From an uncultured virus (IMG/VR IMGVR_UViG_3300046691_000407) (lineage: Duplodnaviria; Heunggongvirae; Uroviricota; Caudoviricetes): DNA of 64,000 nucleotides. Below are positions 40,592-50,052 of this stretch, in pieces; positions within the stretch are counted from its first letter, which is position 1, and the number at the start of each line of letters is the position of its first letter. A program made the translations under genes and the position numbers. Location of the stretch: IMG/VR virus record IMGVR_UViG_3300046691_000407. One strand, written 5' to 3'. Under the pieces are notes generated by a model. The model saw only the letters and a program-made list of their open reading frames with translations, searched no databases and was not told where the DNA came from.

Positions 40592-41539
40592 CTATGCTGC
40601 CTGGTCAAACTGGGTCGCGTCGCCGTACCCCAGGCTGCGGACATGGTTGAACAGCCTTGTGGCGATGTACTTGCCGAGTTCCACAGGAACAGCGTTGCCG
40701 ATCATCTGCTCCTTCGATGCCTTGGAGAGCTTGGTGTCGAAGTAGCCTGCCGGGAAGGTCTGGATCCTCGCGCGCTCCTCGAGCGTCAGCGCCCTGACGG
40801 TTTCATCGGGAGCGTGGGTGTCGTTCTCGTGCTGCTTGTAGGTCGACGGCATCGGGCGGTTCACGCCCCGGATCGTCGAGGACGGCTCTTCCATCGTATA
40901 GATGCCACGGCGCGCGTAGGAACGCGGATGGCGGTAGTAGTGGTCGAGGCCGAGTTCGTCGCCGAAGTAGTCGCGCATCGTCATCGGCTTGTCGGCGAGT
41001 CCGCCCTTGAGGTCGGCGAGAAGGAAGTCGTCCTCGGCATTCTGGAGGCCGATGAGGAACAGGCGCTTGCGAAGCTGCGGCACGCCGCAGAGGGCGGCGT
41101 TGAGGACGATCATCGTCAGGCCGTAGTTGGCCTCCCGGAAGATCTCTTTCGCGGTGGCGAATGCGTCTGCATGCTGGGCGCGCGACACGTTCTCCATGAT
41201 GAAGGCCGTTGGGCGGACGGTCGTGACGATGTTCGCATACTTGACCGTCAGGTCGGCACGGTCGCCTTCCTTGCGCGTTCCGGCGCTCGAGAAGTCCTGG
41301 CACGGCGGGCCGCCAGCGATCAGGAACGGCCGATACTTTCCGACAAGCTCGATCGTCGACGCCTCGTCGGACAGGTCGTGCTGGATCACGTCGTGATGAT
41401 CGCTCTCGTGGTTCGCCTTGTAGACCTTGAGGGCGTCGGCCCAGGAGTCTACACCCGCTGCGACATCGAAGCCGGCGGCGGAAAGTCCGGTGGTGAGACC
41501 ACCGCATCCGCAGAATAGGTCGACGGCTTTGAGAGACAT
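40592..41539 (-). CDS. DNA (cytosine-5) methyltransferase
   Basis: Same conserved motifs; close paralog of the neighbouring gene. Confidence 0.95.
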   Translation of the reverse strand: MSLKAVDLFCGCGGLTTGLSAAGFDVAAGVDSWADALKVYKANHESDHHDVIQHDLSDEASTIELVGKYRPFLIAGGPPCQDFSSAGTRKEGDRADLTVKYANIVTTVRPTAFIMENVSRAQHADAFATAKEIFREANYGLTMIVLNAALCGVPQLRKRLFLIGLQNAEDDFLLADLKGGLADKPMTMRDYFGDELGLDHYYRHPRSYARRGIYTMEEPSSTIRGVNRPMPSTYKQHENDTHAPDETVRALTLEERARIQTFPAGYFDTKLSKASKEQMIGNAVPVELGKYIATRLFNHVRSLGYGDATQFDQAA

Positions 41540-41658
41540 GGCGAATCCTTGAATGATTGATTGAGTCCGTTATCGAATCCTTGCATGAGGAGTGGAGAAC
41601 CTCAATAGGCTTTGCCTGGAAGGATTCGATTTTGTTGACGGCGAGCCGCCACGAGACA

Positions 41659-41973
41659 TCAGTCGTCGTCGTCGAAAATGCTGGAGCTGTCGAGATAATC
41701 GTCGTCTTTCTCGTAGCCGCGGTCCTCTTGTTCGACCCTGTAGCCCAGTTCCTCGAGGAGGCGGGTATAGACCTCGGTGCTGCTATAGGATGTTCCGTCG
41801 AAGCAGTGCGCGCTTGGCAGCATCTCGATCGGCTCCCTGCCCTCGATGTGGATGACAGCGCCTTCGGCGTAGGATGGGCCGCAGTCGTCGCAGTCGCTTT
41901 CGTCAGTGCACCATTCGATGCGGATCAGCGGTCGGATATCAATTGTGGCGGTGTCGTTTTCCTGAGCAGACAT
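41659..41973 (-). CDS. small acidic Cys/His protein
   Basis: AAGGA RBS; CDDCG...AHC. Confidence 0.7.
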   Translation of the reverse strand: MSAQENDTATIDIRPLIRIEWCTDESDCDDCGPSYAEGAVIHIEGREPIEMLPSAHCFDGTSYSSTEVYTRLLEELGYRVEQEDRGYEKDDDYLDSSSIFDDDD

Positions 41974-42106
41974 GTGAATCCTTGGAGCTTGTCGGCGTGA
42001 TCTGCAGAAATGCTCGAACGTGTCGGAGGACATGTCAACGGAATGACGACGAGCTGATGCCCCTGCGAAGAAAAAGATGAATGAAAACATTCAGATGTCA
42101 TTTTCT

Positions 42107-42171
42107 CGACAGTGAACTGTCATGAAGCGCTTGACGAGGGGCGGCTTATCGCGACAGTCTACTGTCATGAA
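42107..42171. promoter_or_regulatory. two palindromic operators flanking a -35 element
   Basis: CGACAGT-NN-ACTGTCATGAA at 42107-42126 and 42152-42171; TTGACG at 42131. Confidence 0.75.
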
Positions 42172-42183
42172 AGGAGAGCAAAC

Positions 42184-42528
42184 GTGAACAGGGAAGAGTT
42201 GGAGGCAGCGACCGGAGTGTCCGCCCGCAACATCCGCTACCTGATCACCGAGGGAATTCTTCCCCCGCCGGAAGGATCCGGGAGAGCTGCAAGATACACC
42301 GACGAGCATGTCAGGATCCTGCAGGTCTACACGGAAGCAAAGGCGGAGGGCGTCGGGTCGCTGGGTATAATCCGGAGACGCATCGCCGGGGAAGAGGGCC
42401 GGAGCACGACGGTGGTCGTGCCGGGGATCGAGCTGGTCGTGGACAGGGATGTGCTTGACGGAGACCTCACGGTCGAACAGATCATGGCGGCGCTGAAGGC
42501 GGCCGTCGAAGCGAAACTTGGAAGATAG
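42184..42528 (+). CDS. MerR-type HTH regulator
   Basis: ELEAATGVSARNIRYLITEGILP.P...RYT..HV. Confidence 0.85.
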   Translation: MNREELEAATGVSARNIRYLITEGILPPPEGSGRAARYTDEHVRILQVYTEAKAEGVGSLGIIRRRIAGEEGRSTTVVVPGIELVVDRDVLDGDLTVEQIMAALKAAVEAKLGR

Positions 42529-42537
42529 GATTTGAAC

Positions 42538-44682
42538 ATGAGCAAGATTGAAAACACGAAGATGCTTGAGGACTTCGTCGCGAGAAAGAAGTACGGCAGC
42601 CACCCGGTACCTCTCAAGGAAACGTCCTACGACATCGAAGTGATCTCCGGACTGGCCGTCGTCAGGCAGACGCGTCGGTTCCGCAATGACGAGAAGCGTC
42701 CCATCGAGGCCGTTCTCACGTTCCCGGTCGCCTTCGACGCCGTCGTGACATCGCTGGAATGCGAGGTTGCCGGCCGCCGCCTCAAGGGGCAGGCGCAGGC
42801 GAAGCAGAAGGCCCGTCAGACCTACGAGACCGCCATCGACAGCGGCAAGACCGCCGTGCTGCACGAGGAGCTGCTGCGCGGCCTCCACATGGTGTCGGTC
42901 GCCAACGTCGCGCCGGATGCCGAGATCATCGTCACCGCAACCTACGTGATGCCCATCGCGCTGTCCGAAGGCCATGCCGACTTCCGAGTTCCGCTGACGA
43001 TCGGCCAAATCTTTGGCCAGCTTCCGCTGCAGGACTCCGACCAGGTGAAGATCGGCGGCGAGAATGCCGACGTGAAGGTTTCGATCCGCACAAGTTCGGG
43101 ACAGGCCTATGTGAACGGCGAGCTCCCGAAGGACGGATCCGTGGCGGTCAAGCTCAACGATGTCATCAACGTCCGCGTCGAAGACCTCGTCATCGAATCC
43201 CTGGCGGGAACCGCAGCGGACGGACGCCATGTCCGTCTTGACTTCGCCCCTGCTGGCAACGGAGAGAAGGCTCTCGACATCGACGTGATGATCGACACTT
43301 CCGGTTCCATGGGAGAGCGCCCGACGACCCGGATGGACGGACGCACGACCAAGTTCCAGATCGTCGTGGACGGACTGAAGCGCTCGTTCGGGAAGCTCCG
43401 CGAGGATGACATCGTCGGCATCTGGGAGTTCAACGATTTCAGCACGTGCCACGGCCGCAGCTCCGGTGCTTCCGTCATCGGACTTCTCGGCGGTGTTGCC
43501 GCCCGCAACAAGGGCACGAACCTCGCCGAAGCTGTCGCCAAGACCGTGGCCTCGCGCAAGCAGCCGCAGATCCTGCTTATCACGGACGGCCGCGCTGGCC
43601 GGATGATCGATGTCCAGGCCGCTCTTGCCGCTGGCGCCCGCGTCACGGTGGTGCTGGTGGGTGAGGATTCGCTGGAGGTCAACGTCGGCTATCTCGCCTC
43701 GCAGTCCGGCGGCCAGATGTTCGTGGTTGCCGGAGCCGATGCGGACAAGGCCATTGAAGCGGCCATCGCCTCGATGCGGGCTGCCGCCTCTCCCGTTCAG
43801 AAGATCGACGGCGAGCTGACCACAGTCGTCCGCGAGCTTCCGGGGGCGGTGATCACCGCGGCGTGGGGGATCGAAGGCGGGCGTGAGACGGACGGCGTTG
43901 CCGCCATCGCCGCGCATCTTGCGATGTCGTCGCTCGATGAGGAGCGCGCTGGCGCCCTCGCTGCCGCCGAAGGCATCGTCAGCCACCTGACCTCGATCGT
44001 CCTCGTTGACGAGGAAGGCGCGACGCTGGACGACCTGCCTGAGCAACGCAAGGTCGGCCTTCCGGAATCGGCGCTGGGCGGTGCGACGCGCGGCCTGTCT
44101 CTCTCGGCATCTGGAGGCGGCGCAGCGATGATGTTCAGCGCAAGCCTTGCCGCTGCTCCTTCCGGTAGCAAGGGTCTGAGCCGTGGAGCAGGCGGACAGT
44201 TCCGCTCGATGAAGTCGGCAGTGACGCTCGAATCCTTCGGTCCGATGGGTCTGGATGACGATGCGGCTGGCGGATCCGTGTTCATGGGGCTTGAGGACGA
44301 GGCACCGGTTTCCGGGCTGCCAATCCCTCCGCTCGGCGGACGCGGCAGCTTCAACCTCACGAACAAGGGCTTCCTGTTCGGGGTCGAGGCTCTCTTCAAG
44401 GGGATGGACTGGAACAAGTACCTTGCCGAACTCACGTCGGTCCCGGTCGGCATCCTGCCTGCGACGGTCTCGGGTGCGATCATCAGGGTCGCCGCTCTCG
44501 ATGCCTTCATCGAAGCGTCTGACCAGACGAAGGTGCCCGCCACAAGCCTTGCGATCGCGGTGCTCGCACTGCTCTTCGCTCCGGAGGACCGCACAGCGCA
44601 GCGGATCGCCCGCAAGATCCTTTCGTCCGTCGATGAAAAGGTTGTTGACGGACTTAAGAGCGCCGTTGAAGCTGGTCTGTAA
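42538..44682 (+). CDS. VIT + vWA domain protein
   Basis: F.N....IEAV.TFP and KA..TYE.A..G VIT motifs; DTSGSM MIDAS; LITDG. Confidence 0.88.
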   Translation: MSKIENTKMLEDFVARKKYGSHPVPLKETSYDIEVISGLAVVRQTRRFRNDEKRPIEAVLTFPVAFDAVVTSLECEVAGRRLKGQAQAKQKARQTYETAIDSGKTAVLHEELLRGLHMVSVANVAPDAEIIVTATYVMPIALSEGHADFRVPLTIGQIFGQLPLQDSDQVKIGGENADVKVSIRTSSGQAYVNGELPKDGSVAVKLNDVINVRVEDLVIESLAGTAADGRHVRLDFAPAGNGEKALDIDVMIDTSGSMGERPTTRMDGRTTKFQIVVDGLKRSFGKLREDDIVGIWEFNDFSTCHGRSSGASVIGLLGGVAARNKGTNLAEAVAKTVASRKQPQILLITDGRAGRMIDVQAALAAGARVTVVLVGEDSLEVNVGYLASQSGGQMFVVAGADADKAIEAAIASMRAAASPVQKIDGELTTVVRELPGAVITAAWGIEGGRETDGVAAIAAHLAMSSLDEERAGALAAAEGIVSHLTSIVLVDEEGATLDDLPEQRKVGLPESALGGATRGLSLSASGGGAAMMFSASLAAAPSGSKGLSRGAGGQFRSMKSAVTLESFGPMGLDDDAAGGSVFMGLEDEAPVSGLPIPPLGGRGSFNLTNKGFLFGVEALFKGMDWNKYLAELTSVPVGILPATVSGAIIRVAALDAFIEASDQTKVPATSLAIAVLALLFAPEDRTAQRIARKILSSVDEKVVDGLKSAVEAGL

Positions 44683-44687
44683 TCGAT

Positions 44688-44722
44688 AAGGGAGGCGGCT
44701 CTGATCGCCTCCCTTTCCTTTC
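44688..44722 (+). terminator. intrinsic terminator
   Basis: AAGGGAGGCG-N8-CGCCTCCCTT followed by TCCTTT. Confidence 0.65.
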
Positions 44723-44745
44723 GGCGGAACTGGACGGAGTCTTGA

Positions 44746-45471
44746 ATGGAACAGGAAAATGGCGGCCTGCGTGGCGTCGAGGAGATCGTGTTTTCGATGC
44801 TCTCCGATGGCCGATGCCGCGGGAAGACATTCATCGATCTGGCCAAGCAGTACCGCAGCGGAAGCATCGGCGTCGAGGAGGCCCGGATTTTCGACGCTGT
44901 CTACAAGGCATCGCTGGAGATCCGGCGGTCGTTGGCTGACAAGATCCAGGGTGCTCTCGACATCATGGATCTGAAGGACGAGCAGGAGGATGCGATCCTC
45001 GCTGCGGTTCTTGACGACGATCTTGTCCAGCTCTCGCGTGCCGACACGCTGGTTCCCTCCCATCGCCTCTGCATGGCTTACGATTCCGCGCTTGGAACGC
45101 TGTCCCGCCTCGTTGGGCGCGCCGCGCGATGGGACGGCCTCTGGGATGACGTGAGGTCGGTGCTTGTTTCCGAAGCCCGGTTCCTGCGCGAGGATGATCC
45201 CGTAGAGGTTGTGATCGCGACGAATGGCAGGTTCGGAGACCACGTCCGCATGCGCATCGTTGACAGGCTCATGACGGATCCGAATGGATCCGAGGAGTTC
45301 CTCGGAATGCTGGCGGCAGAGATCTCCGCGTTTCTTTCGTCCGGGAAAACGATAGAGGGAACCTGGGGTGCCGTGGAGCTGCATGGCGGAAATCTTCTGT
45401 ATCGCCTGACGGCGAAGGAGAAGATTTCGTATGAACCGAGCACGAAGAAGACGATGGAGATCGATCTATGA
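44746..45471 (+). CDS. hypothetical protein
   Basis: GGAG RBS, 241 aa. Confidence 0.7.
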   Translation: MEQENGGLRGVEEIVFSMLSDGRCRGKTFIDLAKQYRSGSIGVEEARIFDAVYKASLEIRRSLADKIQGALDIMDLKDEQEDAILAAVLDDDLVQLSRADTLVPSHRLCMAYDSALGTLSRLVGRAARWDGLWDDVRSVLVSEARFLREDDPVEVVIATNGRFGDHVRMRIVDRLMTDPNGSEEFLGMLAAEISAFLSSGKTIEGTWGAVELHGGNLLYRLTAKEKISYEPSTKKTMEIDL

Positions 45472-45659
45472 GTAAGCAAGGGTTGCCAGAGGGCTTCCGG
45501 TTCGTACCCGACAGGATGGTTTCAGGCCCGCACGGGCAGCCTGTCCTGGAAAGCGGATACACCGAGATCTCGGGTATTCGCTTCTATCCGGATCGCCTCG
45601 TCGTGGGGCCTCATGGCCAGCCCATGATTTCAAGGGGGCGAACCGAGGTGATCCGCTAG
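45468..45659 (+). CDS. 63-aa protein with a duplicated motif
   Basis: RF.PDR.V.GPHGQP occurs twice; ATGA coupling. Confidence 0.7.
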   Translation: MSKQGLPEGFRFVPDRMVSGPHGQPVLESGYTEISGIRFYPDRLVVGPHGQPMISRGRTEVIR

Positions 45660-45761
45660 CCGGTCCTGCCGCGAACAGCGGAGCGGTGCTTCGTGTTGTA
45701 TTCTGCTCTCTGTGATGAGGTGGCGTATGCCTTTCTTATCACACCGCATTGGGTTCTCCAG

Positions 45762-47156
45762 ATGACAACGAACATCGGCAAAGACGACAAGTTTCTAGGC
45801 TACCCGGCCATCAAGCTCAGAGACCTTCTCAAGGTCTGGGAGCGAGGAAAGAGAACTCCAAACGAGATTGCCCAGGACAAGACGCTCGGACTGTCCGCGA
45901 ATGCCTGCGCAGCAATGCTTTCGGAAGCCCATGAGCGCGGTTTCATGGAATTCGACGAGTACGGACAGATCGATCTCTCAGATGCGGGCAGAGCGGTTGC
46001 GTGGGCCTCGGCACAGAAGAGGTCCTCCAAGACGGCGGCGGACAAGGTGCTTGGCGCCATCTTGGACAATGCCATGAAACTGTCGAAAGACGAGAATGCC
46101 CCAATTGAGATCGACCAGATCTGGCTCTTTGGCAGCTACGTGAATCCAGCCAAGGACGAAATTGGTGATCTGGATATAGCGTTTTCGACAAGAAAGCGCC
46201 CATTCGCCGCAGATATGAGCTGGCGCGAGATCAATGCCGTGATTGATGCCAACTATCCGGGACTTCTCCCCGAAAGCGTCGACCCATGGAGGCAGGAACG
46301 CCATTGGGTCAATAGAATGCTATTTGGCAAGCGCAAGCATCCATTGATCTCCGCCACGGACATCGACATCCTCAAGGACCTGCATCAGCCATGCCGTCTT
46401 GTGTACGACAATTCGCAAGGTGGGGTCGTTGCAGCGGTTGACTATCCGCACCATCCCGATTCTCTTCAAAGAGGGTCGCATGTCCGCGAAAGGCTCCACA
46501 TGCCGGATCTTTCAACCAATCTGGCACCGTTCGAGCCGACGTCGGCAAGGATTCAAATGAGTGCCCGCAACATGACTGCCGAAGCCCCCTGCGTCATCGG
46601 CTACGACCGGATGTCCAAGGAGGATCTGGCAAAGCTGGCGAGCGCCCCGCTGGATGGTAAGGGCAGCTTTGCGTTTGTCGTGGATGACACGGGCGGAAGA
46701 GCCATTTTCCATGTCACCCGGGAAGCGGACCTTTCAGGCGACGTCTGGCAATACCGAATGAGCATTGATGCCGTTCAGATGCCGAAGAAATTCGATTTCG
46801 GCCACTACACCGCGAGGATTTATGCGGAGTGTGTCGGAGCCTTTTTTTGTGCGGACGTTCTTCGGCTCGCTGATCGGCGCGCAGCCATGGGTCTGAAAGT
46901 GATGCTCGAATGCGATCTGGACATGGGTGTCAGTTCTCGAAATGCGGGCGAATTCATCGACCTCATGCAGAACGAGACTGCGCTTCTTGTTTCCGATCAA
47001 CTTGTGCGCACGCGCCTCCCCGAAGAATACATGCACGGCATTGAGATCTTCTGGGGTGGAGAATCCCAGTTTGGTTGGAGCGAAATGTACGAAAGCGCCG
47101 ATGACATGGTTCAGATCGGGTTCAGGGCGGAATTTCCCCAGCAGACCGGAAACTAG
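45762..47156 (+). CDS. wHTH + pol-beta-type nucleotidyltransferase domain protein
   Basis: IWLFGSYV......GDLDI motif after an HTH-like N-terminus. Confidence 0.65.
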   Translation: MTTNIGKDDKFLGYPAIKLRDLLKVWERGKRTPNEIAQDKTLGLSANACAAMLSEAHERGFMEFDEYGQIDLSDAGRAVAWASAQKRSSKTAADKVLGAILDNAMKLSKDENAPIEIDQIWLFGSYVNPAKDEIGDLDIAFSTRKRPFAADMSWREINAVIDANYPGLLPESVDPWRQERHWVNRMLFGKRKHPLISATDIDILKDLHQPCRLVYDNSQGGVVAAVDYPHHPDSLQRGSHVRERLHMPDLSTNLAPFEPTSARIQMSARNMTAEAPCVIGYDRMSKEDLAKLASAPLDGKGSFAFVVDDTGGRAIFHVTREADLSGDVWQYRMSIDAVQMPKKFDFGHYTARIYAECVGAFFCADVLRLADRRAAMGLKVMLECDLDMGVSSRNAGEFIDLMQNETALLVSDQLVRTRLPEEYMHGIEIFWGGESQFGWSEMYESADDMVQIGFRAEFPQQTGN

Positions 47157-47512
47157 CGCGCAGGGTGATTGTCGGCGATCCCGAATTCTGCAGCGACGGC
47201 TTCGGGGATCCGGTAGCCGAGATCGACCAGCTCCCTCACCTTCTCAACGAAGTCCTCGAATTCCTCGAAGACGAATTCCTCGCCAGCATGAGGAAGCCCG
47301 ATCGGCTCGCGCGCAGCCGCTTTCACGAACTTGATCTGCTCGCGTTCGGCTGCTTCAAGCTCCATCTCGAATCCTTCCTCCTGCAGGTGTTCGGTCTTCG
47401 GGATGTCACCGATCACGCGCTGCCAGGCGGTGTTGATCGTGAAGCCGTTCGTCAGAGATGAGAGCCGGAGGTCGCATGCGTAGTCGTCGGAGGAAAATGT
47501 GCACCAGGCCAT
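47153..47512 (-). CDS. hypothetical protein
   Basis: AAGGA RBS. Confidence 0.7.
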   Translation of the reverse strand: MAWCTFSSDDYACDLRLSSLTNGFTINTAWQRVIGDIPKTEHLQEEGFEMELEAAEREQIKFVKAAAREPIGLPHAGEEFVFEEFEDFVEKVRELVDLGYRIPEAVAAEFGIADNHPAR

Positions 47513-47572
47513 GTCGATATCCTTTCGTTCTGGGACATCATGCCCCAGTCCGTTGAAAGGGACGGCATGCCC

Positions 47573-48013
47573 TCAGCGGCGGGGTTCTGGAAACCTGACA
47601 TCCTCCGGCAGGAAGTTGCGGCGCAGGCGCGGAGAGTTGATGTCGGCCTCGAGGGCGTTGATCACGTCCTGCGTCAGGTCGCCCTTCAGTCCGAGATATT
47701 CCAGAATGATGACGAGCTGTGTGTTGTCCACATACCGTACGTTCTTTAGAAGCTTCTCCGGCGTGAGTTCGTTGAACCGCTTCGAAAGTTCGAGCTGCTT
47801 GACGGCGCCAAGCACGATGCCGGCCTTCGATGTCGGAATGTCGGCAGCGTCGTTGAATACGAGCTCGTTGTCGTGTCCTAGGCCGAGCGGCATCATCCGG
47901 CTGTACCACGCGAAGGCATAGGCCGGGTTGCATGCCTCCGGCATGCGGATGAATGTCGACAGGATCGACATGCGCATGATCTCGTACTGGGCCTGAAGGT
48001 TTTGCATGCCCAT
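47573..48013 (-). CDS. hypothetical protein
   Basis: Member of the minus-strand gene run. Confidence 0.65.
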   Translation of the reverse strand: MGMQNLQAQYEIMRMSILSTFIRMPEACNPAYAFAWYSRMMPLGLGHDNELVFNDAADIPTSKAGIVLGAVKQLELSKRFNELTPEKLLKNVRYVDNTQLVIILEYLGLKGDLTQDVINALEADINSPRLRRNFLPEDVRFPEPRR

Positions 48014-48015
48014 GG

Positions 48016-48294
48016 TCAGTCTTCCTTTGCTGCGGATGTGGGGGCTTCCTGGAGTTCCGACGGATCCAAGACGGCAGCCTTCATGGCGAGCGCGTTGCGG
48101 ATCGTCTCGTTCAGGTCGGCGATGTAGGCGAGCGTTCCGTGCTCATGAACGCGCTTCCTCGCTTCGGCCACGCGATCCTCGCGGCATTCGTCGGACGCGT
48201 AGAGGTGCAGCCAGTCGTTGATGCCGCGCTGTGCGACTTCGAGTGCGCTCCGCAGGGCGTCGTTTTCCTCCTGGAGGGTGATATCCGTGATCAT
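48016..48294 (-). CDS. small phage-like hypothetical protein
   Basis: ATGA coupling; DWL..YA...C; GTLAYIA. Confidence 0.65.
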   Translation of the reverse strand: MITDITLQEENDALRSALEVAQRGINDWLHLYASDECREDRVAEARKRVHEHGTLAYIADLNETIRNALAMKAAVLDPSELQEAPTSAAKED

Positions 48295-48986
48295 TGATTT
48301 TCCTTTGCATCTCGCTGCGCGCGCAGCTCCCGGAGGAATTCCTTGGATCTGGCATCCATCCGGTAGGCGGGTCTTTCAAGCGGATCATTTGCGCCGACCT
48401 CGTCGGCGAGCTGGCGCGCCAGATTTGCGAGATCGCCATGATCCGTGTTGCCCTCCAGCGCCATTGCAAGGCCGAGATACATGCCATAGCGAAGCATGTG
48501 GCCGTCGACGCGCGTGCGTGCCAGGCGCTGGATTTCCGAGGCGGCAAGGTCAGCGGCGCTTGCCGACCCCTGATCGACCTTGGCGACTTCCTCGCTCGGA
48601 ACGACAACATCGAACTCGGAAAGCCTCTCGGGATCGAGGGCGATCAGCGCCCGCAGCATAGCCACCACCTCGCGGTGGATCCGGCGTACGCTCCATCCCT
48701 CGCGCATCAGGGGGAGAAACAGAGATTCGTGCTGATGGTAGAAGAACTTCGATGAATATTCGCGTTCCTCGGATGTCAGGCGATCCCATCCACATTCGAT
48801 CTCCGCGCCCGGCTGCAGTGCCGGCAGGGACCTGTCGATGTCAGCCTTGAGTTCGCGGACGATCCTGATCAGGAAATATTCGTCTCTCTCCCATGCGTGG
48901 CTTTCTGCGTAGCTGGAGAAGTTGAAGTGCGCGAGCACGGCATCGATCATCTCGAGGCTGACGGGAGTGCGTGTATTGTCTGTCAT
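48291..48986 (-). CDS. hypothetical protein (paralog 2)
   Basis: GWS.RRIH.E.V.MLRALIALDP.RL; DGHMLR.GMYL. Confidence 0.75.
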   Translation of the reverse strand: MTDNTRTPVSLEMIDAVLAHFNFSSYAESHAWERDEYFLIRIVRELKADIDRSLPALQPGAEIECGWDRLTSEEREYSSKFFYHQHESLFLPLMREGWSVRRIHREVVAMLRALIALDPERLSEFDVVVPSEEVAKVDQGSASAADLAASEIQRLARTRVDGHMLRYGMYLGLAMALEGNTDHGDLANLARQLADEVGANDPLERPAYRMDARSKEFLRELRAQRDAKENQ

Positions 48987-49675
48987 CGAGGTGTTCCTTC
49001 TCCGCGTCGGCGGCGGGCTTCGATTTCTGCGGTGAACTTCGCGCTCTTTCCGTCGGTCGGATAGTCCGGTCGCTCCATGGTGTCGATTGCCCCGAGATCG
49101 TCCAGCAGGCGAGCAGCGAGTTCGCCGATGGCGGCCTCCCCTTCCTTCATCCTCAGGGCGAGGTACATGCCGAGACGAAGCATGTGGCCGTCGGTCTCGT
49201 CGCGTGTGAGCCGGGCGAGTTCGGATTCGATGGCGTCGGCCGCCTCCGTCCTTCCGCTCTCGACATGCAGGACGATGTCTGCGGTGTCGATCACGTCGAA
49301 CTCCTGCAGCCTGTCGGGATCAAGTGCGATCAGAGCACGCAGCATGTCGACCAGCTCGATATGGATGCGACGGAGGCTCCAGCCCTGCTGCGTCATCGCG
49401 GTGATGATCGGCGAGCGGTGCCAGTGCCGCCAGAAATTGGCCGAATACTCGTATTCCTTCGGGGTCAGGCCGATCTTGTCGCCCTCGGTATCGCCGCGCG
49501 GCTGCACCACGGGGCCGACGCTCCGGATGTCGTTGCTCAGGTTCTGGACGATCCGTGCGAGATCCGCGCCGTCTTCGCGCCAGTAGTGCTCGTCGACGTA
49601 GGCCGAGAATTCGAACGGGGCGGCTGCCCTGATGACATCGTCCTTCGTGATCACAATGCTCGGCGTGAATGTCAT
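48983..49675 (-). CDS. hypothetical protein (paralog 1)
   Basis: Same motifs; ATGA coupling. Confidence 0.75.
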   Translation of the reverse strand: MTFTPSIVITKDDVIRAAAPFEFSAYVDEHYWREDGADLARIVQNLSNDIRSVGPVVQPRGDTEGDKIGLTPKEYEYSANFWRHWHRSPIITAMTQQGWSLRRIHIELVDMLRALIALDPDRLQEFDVIDTADIVLHVESGRTEAADAIESELARLTRDETDGHMLRLGMYLALRMKEGEAAIGELAARLLDDLGAIDTMERPDYPTDGKSAKFTAEIEARRRRGEGTPR

Positions 49676-50031
49676 GCTGGCACCTTCTCCGAAGGATTCG
49701 GGGATCCTGCTCGCAGAGATGCAACGTAGTCCCTGAAGCTGATCGGGGTGTAGCCGTCGATGGTGACCGTCTGCTTGTCGATGTCGACCAGAAGATGTTT
49801 GCTGGCACCGATCTCAGTGGATGAGATGCCGAATCCTGTCAGCTCCATCTCGTGCCCGGCCACCATCTCGCAGAAGATGATGCGCGCGAGATAGGAGGGG
49901 TCGGTCCAGCGTTCCTCGCCACGGTGCAGCGCACGTCGCAGGATTTCGGCGATTTCAGTGCCGTGCCAGTGGCAGTAGAGATAGACGCTGTTCTCGCCTT
50001 CGCGAACTTCGATGTTGGCCCTGTCGCCCAT
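49672..50031 (-). CDS. phage-like hypothetical protein
   Basis: MGDRA.I...YLY.HW.G; D.SYLARI. Confidence 0.7.
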   Translation of the reverse strand: MGDRANIEVREGENSVYLYCHWHGTEIAEILRRALHRGEERWTDPSYLARIIFCEMVAGHEMELTGFGISSTEIGASKHLLVDIDKQTVTIDGYTPISFRDYVASLRAGSPNPSEKVPA

Positions 50032-50052
50032 TGTCTCTTCCCTGTGTCGTCG

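Noticed and set aside
39197..41539. Complete type II restriction-modification system
   Set aside because: The flanking genes (GNAT-like, small Cys/His protein) show no nuclease motifs.
42091..45384. 1097-aa minus-strand ORF
   Set aside because: Antisense shadow of the MerR, VIT-vWA and downstream genes in high-GC DNA; no recognisable motifs.
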